The position numbers and the translations under genes were made by a program. Positions 19,914 to 30,804 of a DNA stretch of 64,000 bases are shown piece by piece. Source of the DNA: an uncultured Hyphomicrobiales bacterium (GTDB lineage Bacteria > Bacteroidota > Ignavibacteria > Kapaibacteriales > UBA7675). The stretch spans positions 137,880 to 201,879 of the forward strand of contig CAYULF010000004.1 in NCBI GenBank assembly GCA_964445695.1, written 5' to 3'. Every line of letters begins with the position of its first letter. The first letter of the stretch is position 1. The notes beneath the pieces were generated by a model. That model saw nothing but the letters and a program-made list of their open reading frames with translations. It made no database searches and was not told the DNA's origin.

Positions 19914-21962
19914 TCAATTCGACAGCAGGAAACCGGCCAGATCCTGGCCCTGCTCCAGACCGAGTTTCTTGCGAACGCGATAGCGGTAGGTTTCGACGGC
20001 GCGAATCGACACGTGCATCGCATCGGCCGTTTCGCGGTTGCTGAGCCCGTCGCAAATGGCGGCGCAGACTCTGCATTCGGTGACGGAAAGGGCCGGGAAA
20101 CGGCGTTTGACGGATTCAATTGTATCGGTCTGAATTGCAGCGGCGGGATCCACAACCGGCGCATTGCCTTCGAACAGAGCCTGTTCCACCGCGGCAAGGG
20201 CGGAGTTTGCCTGCGGCAGGTTCAACGTGCGGCCGGTCAACAAATCGGATTCAATAAAAGCGATGATCTGGCGTTCGCGTTTTTCGTCTTCTTCGGCACG
20301 GAGTTGATTCAGCGACGCGCCTTTCGCGACTTCATCCAGGCGCGTGCGCAGTTCCTCCATCCGCCTGTTTTTCTCATCAAGTATATGCTGCAGCATCCCG
20401 GCGTTCTCACCTACCAACAGCCTGTCAACGCTGTTGTTGACCTGCGGCAGAATAATCTCGCGCTCGCGTTGGTGCAACAGCTTTCGGTGTTGCAGCGCCT
20501 CGCGAAAATCGCCTAATCGCTCGGCCACGGCAGCCAGTTCAGCGTGGACGGCGCGTGTCGTCTGCCATTCGTGGCAGAGCTCGGACTGCGCCAACGCTTC
20601 GAGCAACCTGACGCGCGCAATTGTGTGATTGCCGCGCAGCGCCGCAATGCGCCCCAGTCCCAGCAGAGCATTCGCTTCCTTGCAGGGAATAGACATCCCC
20701 TCGAACAATTGCAGGCACTCTTCATAAGCCGACGCGGCGGCGTTCAGGTTGCCACGCAGCTCTTCCGCCCGGGCCAGCAAGAGAAGTATCTGCGCTCGAG
20801 CACCGGGATTGTCAGCCTGGACAGTTTCGGCTTCCGCCTGAAAAACAGCGGCTGTCGCGTCAAGGTCGATCAGCTCGGGCATGTTGTCCATGATGATGCG
20901 ATACACCGCAGTCCAACCTTCGCCGTGCGGCATTCCCAGCAGCAGATCAAGCGCTTCCAGCAGGTGTTTTCGTCCGCTGTCCTGCGCACCCAGATCGCAG
21001 TGCACCTGACCGAGCCAGCCGAGAATGCGCATGGTTTCAGCACGGCCGTCCAGATCGCGATAAATCTCGCCGGCGCGCGACAGCTCTTTGATGGCGCGAT
21101 CGTACATCCCGCTGCGCATGGCGCGCACGCCGTACATTTCGTGCAACAGGGCTTGATGCTGACGATTCCCGGTTTCGCTCGCCAGACTAATGGCTTCGCG
21201 CAAAGGCGTGGCGTAGTCGGAACGGGGATCCAGAATAAATCTAAATGCCGAGTGGTTGTACAGAAGGCGCAGCAACAAATGTTTGTCGTTGAGACCACGC
21301 GCAATCTCAATCGCCTGCTCGATCGATTCAATCGCATCGGCCGTATGTGCGGCATCGTGTTGCACATTGGCAATTTCCGCCAGCAGTTCAGCTTTGTCTG
21401 CGGCGGGTACATGCGGCAGATACTGCAAGGCCAGGTTCACATCGGCAAAGGCGGCTTCGTGGTTTTTCCGCATCACGTGAATAGTGGCGGACATGGCAAA
21501 CAATCCGGCCTGATGACGCGGCAGCGAAAGCTGCACGCACATTTCCATTGCCAGATGCAGTTGTTTAAGCGCCTCATCCAATTCCCCTTTGTTGCGCAGA
21601 TGCTGCACGAGTTGCATCAGGCCGGGCATCATCTTTTCCCAGGCTTCCAGCTCCTCCCACAGAACGAGCGCTTCGCGCAGCCGTTCAAGCGCCTCCTTTG
21701 ACCTGAATTCGGCAATCAGACACTGCGCGTTGGCAAAGAGCGCGTCGGCCACAACCAGCCGGTAATCGCGCGCGCGTTTGTCGTTTTTGTCAAGACGCCC
21801 GTGCATACGCCGCGCCAGAACCAATGCTTTGGCGGCGGTATCGGACGCGGCGACGTGATCGACTCCCATCAGGGCCTGGGCCAGCTGCACCATGGCCGCA
21901 GCTTTGCGAATGCCGCGCGAGTACGAAACCTGTTTGCGATATTTATCAATCCTGGAGGACAT
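19914..21962 (-). CDS. Transcriptional regulator with TPR repeats and a C-terminal LuxR/GerE-type HTH.
   Basis: C-terminal LSVTECRVCAAICDGLSNRETADAMHVSIRAVETYRYRVRKKLGL is a LuxR HTH. The upstream ~600 aa are helical repeats. No receiver or AAA domain. Confidence 0.75.
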   Translation of the reverse strand: MSSRIDKYRKQVSYSRGIRKAAAMVQLAQALMGVDHVAASDTAAKALVLARRMHGRLDKNDKRARDYRLVVADALFANAQCLIAEFRSKEALERLREALVLWEELEAWEKMMPGLMQLVQHLRNKGELDEALKQLHLAMEMCVQLSLPRHQAGLFAMSATIHVMRKNHEAAFADVNLALQYLPHVPAADKAELLAEIANVQHDAAHTADAIESIEQAIEIARGLNDKHLLLRLLYNHSAFRFILDPRSDYATPLREAISLASETGNRQHQALLHEMYGVRAMRSGMYDRAIKELSRAGEIYRDLDGRAETMRILGWLGQVHCDLGAQDSGRKHLLEALDLLLGMPHGEGWTAVYRIIMDNMPELIDLDATAAVFQAEAETVQADNPGARAQILLLLARAEELRGNLNAAASAYEECLQLFEGMSIPCKEANALLGLGRIAALRGNHTIARVRLLEALAQSELCHEWQTTRAVHAELAAVAERLGDFREALQHRKLLHQREREIILPQVNNSVDRLLVGENAGMLQHILDEKNRRMEELRTRLDEVAKGASLNQLRAEEDEKRERQIIAFIESDLLTGRTLNLPQANSALAAVEQALFEGNAPVVDPAAAIQTDTIESVKRRFPALSVTECRVCAAICDGLSNRETADAMHVSIRAVETYRYRVRKKLGLEQGQDLAGFLLSN

Positions 21963-22213
21963 TCACCTGTTTAACTCATTCTCCTACTGACACTGAACGG
22001 GCGGCTGCATGCATTATGTGTAGCAGACCAGTTCCCGGCGTTTGACTTTGTTCCTGCTACAGACTTTCGGCTGCACTCCTCTGCGGACTTGCAACAAAAA
22101 TACTTCGCGTTGGTTTAATCGCGGCTGAAATCTGCGCGACCAGCAAAAAGGGTTTTATCAAGTCATCAAAGAATTCCGGAGGACCGTCAAATGTTTGTTC
22201 AACCCGACACATG

Positions 22214-24337
22214 TTAATCATTTTCCATCCCGGGCGATTGATCGTGCAGTGCGGCCAGCGTGACGGCCAGGTCATCGCCGCGCGCCAATTCCAGTTTGCG
22301 ACGAATCCGAAAGCGATACGTTTCCGCAGCACGCGTGGAAATGCGCAGGATACGCGCAACTTCCTTGGTGCTGGTGCGCAATCGCACCAATTCGGCCACC
22401 CTGACCTCCTGTTTTGTCAATGTCGGAAAGCGCCGACTTAACACTTCAACAAAAACCTGTTTTTCGGCGGTCGCACCCTGTGGACGTGAATCGGATGGCG
22501 ACACTGCATTTGCCTGCCTGGTCGGAAACAAAGCAAGTGCGTCTGCCAGCCGCATGCGCCACTTCGACAATTCAGAGTCGGCAGTCGCGACGACTCCGGT
22601 TTGTTTAAGTACATCGCGCAATTGTTTATAGGCCGCGGCCCGCTGTTCATTGCGCCTGGTCTGCTCCTGCTCCTCGCGGGTTTTGTCTTCCAGAGAGGAT
22701 TCATACAGGCGAATCTGTGTCGTGGTGTCGTCAATGCCTTGCTGCAATTCGCGTAGTGTATCGGCTTTTGTCAATCGTTCGACGCGGTTGGCCACACGCG
22801 AAAGCAATACGTTGCGATCGAGATCGGACATGGCCGCATGCTGCTCCAGCGCGCGTTCGTAGTCGCCGGTCTGTTCAAAATGTGCCACCAGCGCCAGGTG
22901 GATGCGGCGTTTAATTAACCAATCGCGGCACTCCACGGAGGCGAACAGGGCGTGCCGCAGATACTGCCCCGCCAGATCCTGCTGCCCATGCCGATTTTCC
23001 AGTTCGCCCATGCGCAACAGCGCCTCGGACTGCAAGCAGGCCGATTCAAAATTGCGACTCATGTTAAGTGCGGCTTTTAACTCTTCGCGTGCTTCCTCTG
23101 TTTGCCCCGTTTTCTCCAGCAGGACGCCGAGGTAAATGCTAAGGCGCATCGGCACGCTCAAACCGCTGTTGTAGTTGAGTTTCTGGCCGGCGCGCAGAAA
23201 ATCAATCAGTTTTTGCGGCGGACAGTTGTCCGGCAAGTGATCAACCAGTTCGCGTACGACGCCAATGAGATCGATATTGTCAATGAGTTCAATATCAAAG
23301 AAGATATCGGCAGCCTGCGCAAGGTACTGCATGCCGCGGTGTTTGTCGCCGCCGCCGATGTAAGCGGAACCCAGCAGAGCCAGCGAATTCATTTCCAGCA
23401 GGCGATTCCCGAATTTGCGCGCCAGTACAATACTTGCATTGAGCGCGGTCGTAGCGCTGTCGTATTCGCCGTAACGTTGATATTTTGCGCCCAGTGTGTT
23501 AAGTCCGTCAGCTTCCAGCACTTCGAATTTACAGTCGCGCGCCACCTGCACCAGTTCTTCCGTCATCTGCAGGGCGCGCGCATACTGATTGCGGGCTTCA
23601 AGCGCAATACCGAGATTGTTTAACACGGCCAGCAAGGCATAACTGAATCCCTCCCGTCGCACAATTGGTAAAAGTCGCTCGTAATAGTCTATCGCCTCGC
23701 CAAAGTCGCCCTGACGCGCAACAATGGACGCATAGGAATGCAGCACTCTGACTTGCAGGTAAACATCATCAACTTTAAGGACTGCAGCTTCGGCAGATTT
23801 AATGGCGGTGCGCGCGGCTTCGTCTTCCCCCAGATCGCAGTGGTAGAGCGCTTGCTCGGTCAGGATCAAGGCCTGTGTTTCAGGTGTGTTGTCGTGTTCC
23901 GACGCAATGTTCGCCGCTTGTTTAATACACTCGGCCGCCGCATCCATTTTGAGCTGCGTGCGCAACACCCAACTCGTCCCGAGCAAAGCCAGTACAATCT
24001 GCGGTCGAGCATTCACCTGCGCAAACAGCTCCCGGGCTTCACGGTAATCCACCTCTGCGGCTGCAAGTTGGTTGTTGCTCATGTTGAAATCGGCGCGGGC
24101 CAGCAAGGCCTCTCCGAGCGCTTCGGCATGTAATTTTTTCTCAGATTCGGTAGTACCTTGCGCCAGCAGTTCGCGCCCCAATTCAACCGCCGCAACAACC
24201 CTGGAGCGCCCTTTGACCATGTCCGACTGCCGGTAAATCCGCGACAGTTCAACCAGAATGCGCAGCTTCTCGACGCCTGTGGAAGCATCGAGTTTTGCCG
24301 ATAGACCAGCTGCATCAGCCTGTGCGGACCTTTTCAT
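22214..24337 (-). CDS. Transcriptional regulator with TPR repeats and a C-terminal LuxR/GerE-type HTH (paralog of 19914..21962).
   Basis: C-terminal LTKQEVRVAELVRLRTSTKEVARILRISTRAAETYRFRIRRKLEL, with the same architecture as its neighbour. Confidence 0.75.
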   Translation of the reverse strand: MKRSAQADAAGLSAKLDASTGVEKLRILVELSRIYRQSDMVKGRSRVVAAVELGRELLAQGTTESEKKLHAEALGEALLARADFNMSNNQLAAAEVDYREARELFAQVNARPQIVLALLGTSWVLRTQLKMDAAAECIKQAANIASEHDNTPETQALILTEQALYHCDLGEDEAARTAIKSAEAAVLKVDDVYLQVRVLHSYASIVARQGDFGEAIDYYERLLPIVRREGFSYALLAVLNNLGIALEARNQYARALQMTEELVQVARDCKFEVLEADGLNTLGAKYQRYGEYDSATTALNASIVLARKFGNRLLEMNSLALLGSAYIGGGDKHRGMQYLAQAADIFFDIELIDNIDLIGVVRELVDHLPDNCPPQKLIDFLRAGQKLNYNSGLSVPMRLSIYLGVLLEKTGQTEEAREELKAALNMSRNFESACLQSEALLRMGELENRHGQQDLAGQYLRHALFASVECRDWLIKRRIHLALVAHFEQTGDYERALEQHAAMSDLDRNVLLSRVANRVERLTKADTLRELQQGIDDTTTQIRLYESSLEDKTREEQEQTRRNEQRAAAYKQLRDVLKQTGVVATADSELSKWRMRLADALALFPTRQANAVSPSDSRPQGATAEKQVFVEVLSRRFPTLTKQEVRVAELVRLRTSTKEVARILRISTRAAETYRFRIRRKLELARGDDLAVTLAALHDQSPGMEND

Positions 24338-24626
24338 AATGTGCTGTCAGGCGGGACCTGCGCCGCGCTGTTCCGGGTTCGACTTGAACATCATCCTTTC
24401 ACGAGCAGGAAAATACCAAATTCACGCCATTTGGTTGGAATTCCACTCATAGATATCTGCGTCGCGAACGAATTGTTACTCATCCATGATCGCTTTGCCG
24501 CGTCGCGGCAGGCTCTTTTGAAATTTTGTTTGTCTTGCGGATTGACGCTTCAGTGTCTCAGGCCGGCCGAAAGTCTTCGCACGAGAAACTTCAGGACTGT
24601 CTCAAGACTTCGGGGCTTCAAACTGC

Positions 24627-24690
24627 GTGACAAACAAAAAAGTCAGAAGAGCCTGAGATGCAAGTGGAACGCGCAGCTCAAAGCGATCAG
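24627..24690 (+). repeat. Dispersed intergenic element, copy 3 (long variant).
   Basis: gtgacaaacaaaaaagtcagaagagcctgagatgcaagtggaacgcgcagctcaaagcgatcag. Lies ~50 nt past the 3' end of the MoxR-vWA operon. Confidence 0.75.
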
Positions 24691-24740
24691 ATAATCAATC
24701 CGTGTGCAGGTAAAACAGTCAAAAGCAGCAGCGCGACCGC

Positions 24741-27500
24741 TCAGCCTTTGAATTCCATAGTGAAAATCTGAATAATACCGCCGTTGCACAACACCGCAAA
24801 ACTGTTAATATCCGGAAGTTGCACGATCTGCATCGGCGTCAGATCCGGCCTGACGTGCGGACGACGGTGGACCATTTCCACATTGAGTTTGTTAATGCGA
24901 TAAAGATCGGTGTTCTCGTTGCTGCAGGCCGCGATCAGACCACTGCGCAACAGCTTGATTGTCAGGTAGCGCTCGCCGTCGCCAAAGTTAATTGCCACAT
25001 CCTGCTGACTGTCGGCGCCCGGAATCAGCAGCACCGCACCTTCGTCAAGCGCCGCCACCAGGCGCAAACGCGTATTAGGCGCTGAAAAAGAAAGACTCTG
25101 AATATTGCTGTACAACTGCCAGGCGCGCTTTACTTCGTCCGGCGTGGCCCGAAAAATACTGTTGCCCGCTGCAATCCAGCAGGCCTTTTGACGACCTGCG
25201 AATTGCAAGGGCAAAGACAAATCGTCAATACCAATTTCCGGGCTTAAACTCTGTGTACGCAGTACGTGCCCCTTCTTGCTGCGCAATTCGAGCACGGGAG
25301 AATTGTTAACAATGCGCAGCAGATGCATGGGCTTGCTGTTGCCGTATGCCATGCCGAATACGTCCGACGGTATCAGAGTTGAAGGCGCCAGATGTTTTTC
25401 ACCATCGGAATGCACAAGCCATGGGACAAGCCTGAGCGGCTCCATAGGCACAAAAAGTGCGACCACGTCGCTGTTTAACACGTGCAAATGTGCATAGGCG
25501 GGAACTGATTGTGAGACCTTGACAATACTCACGCTTTCCAGCTCGGAATCCTGCCACGGAGCGCCGCATAACTCTATATATTCGTCGCCACGTGGACTGT
25601 TAATTCCCAGTGCAAGAAAACGATTGCCAAGTGAAATCATGTTGGACCACGATGGCCCCTGTGGCAGAGAAATGGCACGGCCGTGCAGCGCCAGAAATTC
25701 GCCGCCGCTTGCAGCGCCAAAACTGAATTTCGGCGTTGGTTTAATCGCCGCGCGCGCCTTTTGAGTGTCACGGCTCAGCAACCTGTCCTGCGGTCGCAAC
25801 TCGGCGAACTGTTTTAACAGTGTCTGTGATTCCTCGTAACCCGCCACGGGCAGACGGCGACCGACAATGTTAATCGCGGTGTCGTAGGACTGTTTTTGCA
25901 CTTCCACATCGGGAAATTGACGAGTCACACGAACGAGCGACTTGACAATTCTCGATGCTGTACGACTTTGTGGCTGCTCCGAGTTAAACTCGTCGATGCG
26001 CCGCCTGGCATCTTTGCTTGCGCCTTCACGGCCGGCGATGTCAAACCAGGTCTGCAGACACTCCTCGGAATGGTTCGTCGCTTCCCAGCCCTTTTCAAGA
26101 ATCCACATCGCGCGTTGCCCGTTGCGCATGTCGTCGCGACTGATTTCGGCCGCGAGCATGATCTCCTGTTTGCCGAGGGCAGTCTGCAGAGCTTTTTCGC
26201 GTGCATTGTGGGCCGCGTCTTCATTTCCAAGGCGGGCGTGCAGGTTGCCCGCCTCGCGGTGCAACTCCTCTTGTTCGTAGAGCGCCAGCGCTTCGTAGTA
26301 CAACTCACCGCGTTCCAGACATTCCGCCGCGCGGACAGGATCGAATAATCGGCGGCGATGAATGTCGGCTGCATCGCGAAATCGGCGGCCACGTTCCAAT
26401 GCGTCGGCGGCCGCACCCCAGTCACCCAGCAGCTCGGCAAAAATGTATGCCGCGCGGTCAAAGCGCTTTAAACCAATTTCTCGATTGGCGGCGGCGCGGT
26501 ACTGCGTTATCAGACGCTGCCGCAAGCCGGGATTGAGATTCCAATTGTCCCCCCGCCCGCCGCTCCGGTTCGCGCCGTAGCTGGGAGTACGCTCGGCAAG
26601 GCGACCGCCGGGCTTGTCCATTTTGCCGCGGCGGCCTTCGCCGACCAGCGGCAGAGCAAAACGCAGACCGCGATCCGGATCATTCTGCAGCAGTTCGAGC
26701 AGGCGCTCAATCTCGCGGCGGCGTTCGTTCTGCAGCTTGTTTAACTGGCGATCCGCCCAGTCCGCCAGGCGGTCGAACACGGTCGGAACCGCCGCTCCAC
26801 CGGGCAGAAGATTTACGAAAGCGCGAATTCCCTGCAGGCCAAGGATGCCGAAGAGCGAAACGCTCTTCGCAAAAGCATTGCCCGCGCCGTCGCCAAATTG
26901 GCGCAGCTCGCGCGTGTTTTTGGACGCGATATCGTCAGCCTTCGACTGCATTTTCTCTGCCGGGTCGGGCGGCAGTTTAACGCTGACACCGGCAAAATAC
27001 GGTGGAGGTTTTTCACTTTCAGCCATCATCCAAAGGACGTCGCGCGGCGGAGGCATGTCAAACAGGTTGTCGGCGCGGCAGAGGGCGCTCTGCTCAAATG
27101 CCATCGCACCACGGCCGGGGTGCCAGACCACGAGATCGCTGACAAAAAGTTTCTCTAATTCTTCATCGGAAACGGCCGGAAATATTTCGGCGTTGGCGGG
27201 ATGATACACTTTGCCGGCGCGGCAGGTCCAGGCCTGCACGTTGGCGCCGGGTGAATTCAGTGCATGTCCCTCGGAAAGCTCGGCGGGAATAATCAGAAAA
27301 CCGCCTGGCGCTGCATGCAAATCGGAGCCAACTGTTAAAGCGGGACGCGGACCGGGCAGCAACAGCAATTGCGCCTGCGCGGAATTCGGCAGGAGTTTCA
27401 GCACGCTTAAACAACGCTGAACATCGGCGTCCGACAGAAACCAGGCATGTGTCTCGGCGGCTGTGGTGGCGACCTTCAGTCGCATACGGATGTTTAACAT
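24741..27500 (-). CDS. Large uncharacterised protein (919 aa), last gene of the MoxR-vWA operon. TPR-like helical middle region and a beta-rich C-terminal ~350 aa.
   Basis: 7-nt overlap with the upstream ORF. No recognisable catalytic motif. Confidence 0.6.
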   Translation of the reverse strand: MLNIRMRLKVATTAAETHAWFLSDADVQRCLSVLKLLPNSAQAQLLLLPGPRPALTVGSDLHAAPGGFLIIPAELSEGHALNSPGANVQAWTCRAGKVYHPANAEIFPAVSDEELEKLFVSDLVVWHPGRGAMAFEQSALCRADNLFDMPPPRDVLWMMAESEKPPPYFAGVSVKLPPDPAEKMQSKADDIASKNTRELRQFGDGAGNAFAKSVSLFGILGLQGIRAFVNLLPGGAAVPTVFDRLADWADRQLNKLQNERRREIERLLELLQNDPDRGLRFALPLVGEGRRGKMDKPGGRLAERTPSYGANRSGGRGDNWNLNPGLRQRLITQYRAAANREIGLKRFDRAAYIFAELLGDWGAAADALERGRRFRDAADIHRRRLFDPVRAAECLERGELYYEALALYEQEELHREAGNLHARLGNEDAAHNAREKALQTALGKQEIMLAAEISRDDMRNGQRAMWILEKGWEATNHSEECLQTWFDIAGREGASKDARRRIDEFNSEQPQSRTASRIVKSLVRVTRQFPDVEVQKQSYDTAINIVGRRLPVAGYEESQTLLKQFAELRPQDRLLSRDTQKARAAIKPTPKFSFGAASGGEFLALHGRAISLPQGPSWSNMISLGNRFLALGINSPRGDEYIELCGAPWQDSELESVSIVKVSQSVPAYAHLHVLNSDVVALFVPMEPLRLVPWLVHSDGEKHLAPSTLIPSDVFGMAYGNSKPMHLLRIVNNSPVLELRSKKGHVLRTQSLSPEIGIDDLSLPLQFAGRQKACWIAAGNSIFRATPDEVKRAWQLYSNIQSLSFSAPNTRLRLVAALDEGAVLLIPGADSQQDVAINFGDGERYLTIKLLRSGLIAACSNENTDLYRINKLNVEMVHRRPHVRPDLTPMQIVQLPDINSFAVLCNGGIIQIFTMEFKG

Positions 27501-30091
27501 CGCAGACTCGCGAGACAGGAGCGCAATTCATCCCGGACGCGTTGTTCGTCGAGTACCACGCCTGTGTCAAAAAAGGCGGGTGGGCCGGAACCCAGATTGT
27601 CGGAAGTCCAGACACAGGTGGTAGTGTCGCGCAGAAGGCCGATAGTAATCTGCGGCAGAGACGTATCCGGGCTGATCAGATGCAGGAAGCCGCGCGAGTC
27701 GTGGTAGGCGCGGCCACCGCCGGGGAAATCCGCGCGGCGCAGCCACCAGAGTCCCGTACCAATGCCCTGCGTTTGCTGAAACTGCACCGTCGGCAATCGG
27801 CGGCTGTGCGCCGGCTGTTTTACACTGAACGTGCAGGGGCCGGCAAAAGTATGCAGCGCATAGCGCGATTCGTAGCCGCGCTGTCCGCTGCGCATGTGAA
27901 TACGCAGCAATCCGTCGGAGATGCTTAGTTCGTCAAATTTGTGCAGACGCTGGCCGGAAAGCCGGCTGGGATCCAGCATCATGGCTGTGGTTTGCTCCTG
28001 TATCCGCTTACGTTCCGGGTCTTCCTCATTCTCAAGCTGCCAGCCGATCTCCCAGCCGTCAAAGTACAGACGCACCGGTTTCCACCTGCGGCTGTCGGGG
28101 TCTCTTGCGTGGACGACGCGATCGATACATTCAAGCCCGACCTCGCCCAGATTGAGTTTGTCTTTAACTTTGCCGTCGATCAACGAAAAGACGGAAACCA
28201 GATCGTCATGCACAACAATGGCCCAGTCCTCACTGAACGTCAACGTGTCCACGCGTTGCACGCTGAGTTCACAAGGCGCAGTTTGCATCTCCTGGCCGTC
28301 CCGCGTCCAGGCGAGAGTCTTGAGGCTGTATTCCCGTCCACGTTGCAGATAAAACACTCCGTAAATGATACACTCTTCGTAGAGTATATGCAGCCAGCTT
28401 TGTTCGCAGCGCGGCGTGGCGTCAACCAGGTGCTGCGCATATCCCACCCCGTGCGGCGGCCAGCGCAACAGACGGAGCTCATTGTTAATGCCAACCACGC
28501 CGAATTCGGGACTGTAGGCCGTTGACCTGATTTTTTTGTGCGTCGGCAACAGCAGTGGAAAAGGCTTTTGCTGGAGAATCAGCGGATAGTCCGGATCGTA
28601 AAGCCGGTTAATGATGTGCGGCGCAGGCGTGCGTTTGTTTAACTGTTTGGAGTCATTCAACAGATCATCCAATGCCACATGCGACGAGTTGAGGTGTTTC
28701 CAGCCGGATCTCTGATCAAAACGACGCAGGTCAAACGTGCCGGACTGTACGCCGTCCATATCCACCGCAACGGCAAACATTCCCTGCCGGCATTCTTTCC
28801 GGATAACCGCGTTTAAGTCCGGCAAGCTGAGGTTGTCCGCATGGGTCAGCAGAAAAACTTCGGCATTGTCCGGATGCTGTTGCAGGAGCTCACCCAGAGC
28901 ATCGCCCGCGTCCAGCGCCGTTTCGAGCCGCCCCAATTGACGCGTCACATCGCCCGCGTTGTTTAACTCAATTTCCCTGTAGCGTCCGTTGTCAGAAGTC
29001 AACAAAGTCACCTTGCGCGAAGCTTCGGTGCCGGCCTGCAATGCCAGTGCGGCCGCCAGAACCAATACGCGCGGTACGCCCCAGACGCGCAAAGTGGTAT
29101 CCAGCAGAATGATGCGATCCACTGTGGGCAAGGCCGGCGGTTGTTCGCGGCGCATGTAAAGCGCTTCGTTATTGGCCAGACGGCTCATCAAAACGTCGTT
29201 GTCCTGCGCAAGCTCACTGATTAACAGTCGATCCGGCTCGCCGCGGTTTGCGATGTCAGAAACGCCGCCGGCGGCCTGCTGAAAGTGCTGATCCGGGGTG
29301 CGCGGCACGCCGAGAAAAGCCAACAGATGCCGAGCAATATCACCGATTGGCGACAGTCCGCCCTGCGTTCGCAGCTCTTCGATCAGGTCGCGGCGCGGGT
29401 TGCGGCTCAGCGTTCGCGGTTGTGGTTCCACGTCCGGAGGTGTTGCGCCGTCCGTTGCCGTAGTTTCGCTAACTTCCAGCTCTGCTTCTTCGATCAGGTG
29501 CGGCAATTGTTCCAGACCTGTGCGCAGACGCCGTTCGAGCGTCTCAGCGGTGAAACGCGTCAGAAGGTCGTGCGCCGAATTCACCTCGGCCAGGAATTGA
29601 TTCGGGTAGCTGGTCGCGGCTTCAAATGGTTCGATTTCTTCAGGTGAAAGACCGTTAAATATTTTTTCCGTTGGTGCACCGCCCACGTAGGCGGATGTCA
29701 ATGAGTGCCCGCCTTCACAGACAGCAAAAGACAGCGCGCGCAGGCTCATCATACCGCTGCGCAGATCCGTCGGCAATGCGCAAATTTTGTGAAGCTGCCC
29801 AATGGCGTCACGCAGCCTGTTGTTTAACATGGCCTGGTTGGCGGCAACATTGGCGGCGACATCTTCCAGCAAACGCTCTCTGGATTCATCCCACGTCGTA
29901 CGCGACGCGGCAATGATCAACAGCAGTGCTCCGAACTCCGGCGGATTATGCGGCTGCAAATCGTCGAACAATACGGTCAATTCCTCGCGATAGGCAATTG
30001 TCGTGCCGTCGCGCCAGCAGACGACGTTGCCGCCGTCCTCCCAATGCCAGAATCCCTGGATGTGCGGTTTGAAATAGGTATCGGAGTTCAT
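27494..30091 (-). CDS. vWA-like domain protein (~866 aa), partner of the MoxR ATPase. Unknown N- and C-terminal domains.
   Basis: Central segment RIILLDTTLRVWG ... VTLLTSDNG ... VFLLTHADN ... MFAVAVDMDG fits VWA beta-strand order with a degenerate MIDAS (DxTxR). The likely start MNSDTYF at 30091 overlaps the upstream stop as ATGA. The ORF track starts it at 30262. Confidence 0.55.
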   Translation of the reverse strand: MNSDTYFKPHIQGFWHWEDGGNVVCWRDGTTIAYREELTVLFDDLQPHNPPEFGALLLIIAASRTTWDESRERLLEDVAANVAANQAMLNNRLRDAIGQLHKICALPTDLRSGMMSLRALSFAVCEGGHSLTSAYVGGAPTEKIFNGLSPEEIEPFEAATSYPNQFLAEVNSAHDLLTRFTAETLERRLRTGLEQLPHLIEEAELEVSETTATDGATPPDVEPQPRTLSRNPRRDLIEELRTQGGLSPIGDIARHLLAFLGVPRTPDQHFQQAAGGVSDIANRGEPDRLLISELAQDNDVLMSRLANNEALYMRREQPPALPTVDRIILLDTTLRVWGVPRVLVLAAALALQAGTEASRKVTLLTSDNGRYREIELNNAGDVTRQLGRLETALDAGDALGELLQQHPDNAEVFLLTHADNLSLPDLNAVIRKECRQGMFAVAVDMDGVQSGTFDLRRFDQRSGWKHLNSSHVALDDLLNDSKQLNKRTPAPHIINRLYDPDYPLILQQKPFPLLLPTHKKIRSTAYSPEFGVVGINNELRLLRWPPHGVGYAQHLVDATPRCEQSWLHILYEECIIYGVFYLQRGREYSLKTLAWTRDGQEMQTAPCELSVQRVDTLTFSEDWAIVVHDDLVSVFSLIDGKVKDKLNLGEVGLECIDRVVHARDPDSRRWKPVRLYFDGWEIGWQLENEEDPERKRIQEQTTAMMLDPSRLSGQRLHKFDELSISDGLLRIHMRSGQRGYESRYALHTFAGPCTFSVKQPAHSRRLPTVQFQQTQGIGTGLWWLRRADFPGGGRAYHDSRGFLHLISPDTSLPQITIGLLRDTTTCVWTSDNLGSGPPAFFDTGVVLDEQRVRDELRSCLASLRC

Positions 30092-30804
30092 CCGCCCTCC
30101 TTCCCTCGGGCGCTCGTACGCACAGCCGCGCGCGTCGCCGCCTGGAACCAATCGGCCTTGATGAATTCCCAGCTTTGATCGTTGTTTAAGAGCGCGACAT
30201 CGCCCGGGGCGAGCTTTAACTTTTTCTGCAGTGCCGGCAGCGGAAAGCAGTCCGGCAAACACATTCCGGCCGGAACGGCAATGCCGCTCTCGACAACTTT
30301 AAACTCACCATTGACAGGCGGCAGCGGCGTACCGTAGATAAACGCGCGACCATCATCACACATGGCGAACCGGAGGACTTCCAGACGCACTGCCGGAGCA
30401 GATTCAATCCAGGCCAGCCATTGATCAAAACGGCAGATGATGCCGTTGGGGCGGCGGACGGCCCTCTCGCGCTCAAGTGACGGCACAATTGAGTTATCCG
30501 CCGGCATCCCGTAAGAAATTTCCGGAGCCACGGGGCGCAGCGCGGCAGTCAGGGACATCCAGTCGCCCGACGGCAAAAGACGCAGGGGAAGGGCCGCACC
30601 GAAAGGTATAAGTTTGTTGTCGTTGTCAATGCGGAACCGTGCCCGGGCCGGCAGGGAGCGAATGGCGCTCTTGCCCTCGTCAACAGAGCCGCGCAGCCAG
30701 ATGCCGTCGGAGTCGCGCAAAACCTGCAAATCCGCATTCCGACGCAATGCGCCCAGCGCTTCAACTGCGTGTTCACTCAGCAATATGACCCATTCGGCGC
30801 TCAC
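30088..30804 (-). CDS. Hypothetical protein (238 aa) within the MoxR-vWA operon.
   Basis: Translationally coupled on both sides (4-nt overlaps). No recognisable domain. Confidence 0.55.
   Translation of the reverse strand: MSAEWVILLSEHAVEALGALRRNADLQVLRDSDGIWLRGSVDEGKSAIRSLPARARFRIDNDNKLIPFGAALPLRLLPSGDWMSLTAALRPVAPEISYGMPADNSIVPSLERERAVRRPNGIICRFDQWLAWIESAPAVRLEVLRFAMCDDGRAFIYGTPLPPVNGEFKVVESGIAVPAGMCLPDCFPLPALQKKLKLAPGDVALLNNDQSWEFIKADWFQAATRAAVRTSARGKEGG

Noticed and set aside
20544-21701. 385-aa plus-strand ORF antisense to the TPR-LuxR regulator.
   Set aside because: Antisense shadow ORF in a GC-rich region. No domain features.
30092-30262. Upstream extension of the vWA-like protein ORF, overlapping the 238-aa gene.
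   Set aside because: The internal ATG at 30091 forms an ATGA overlap with the upstream stop, the same coupling seen at the other junctions. The extension would overlap the preceding gene by 175 nt.
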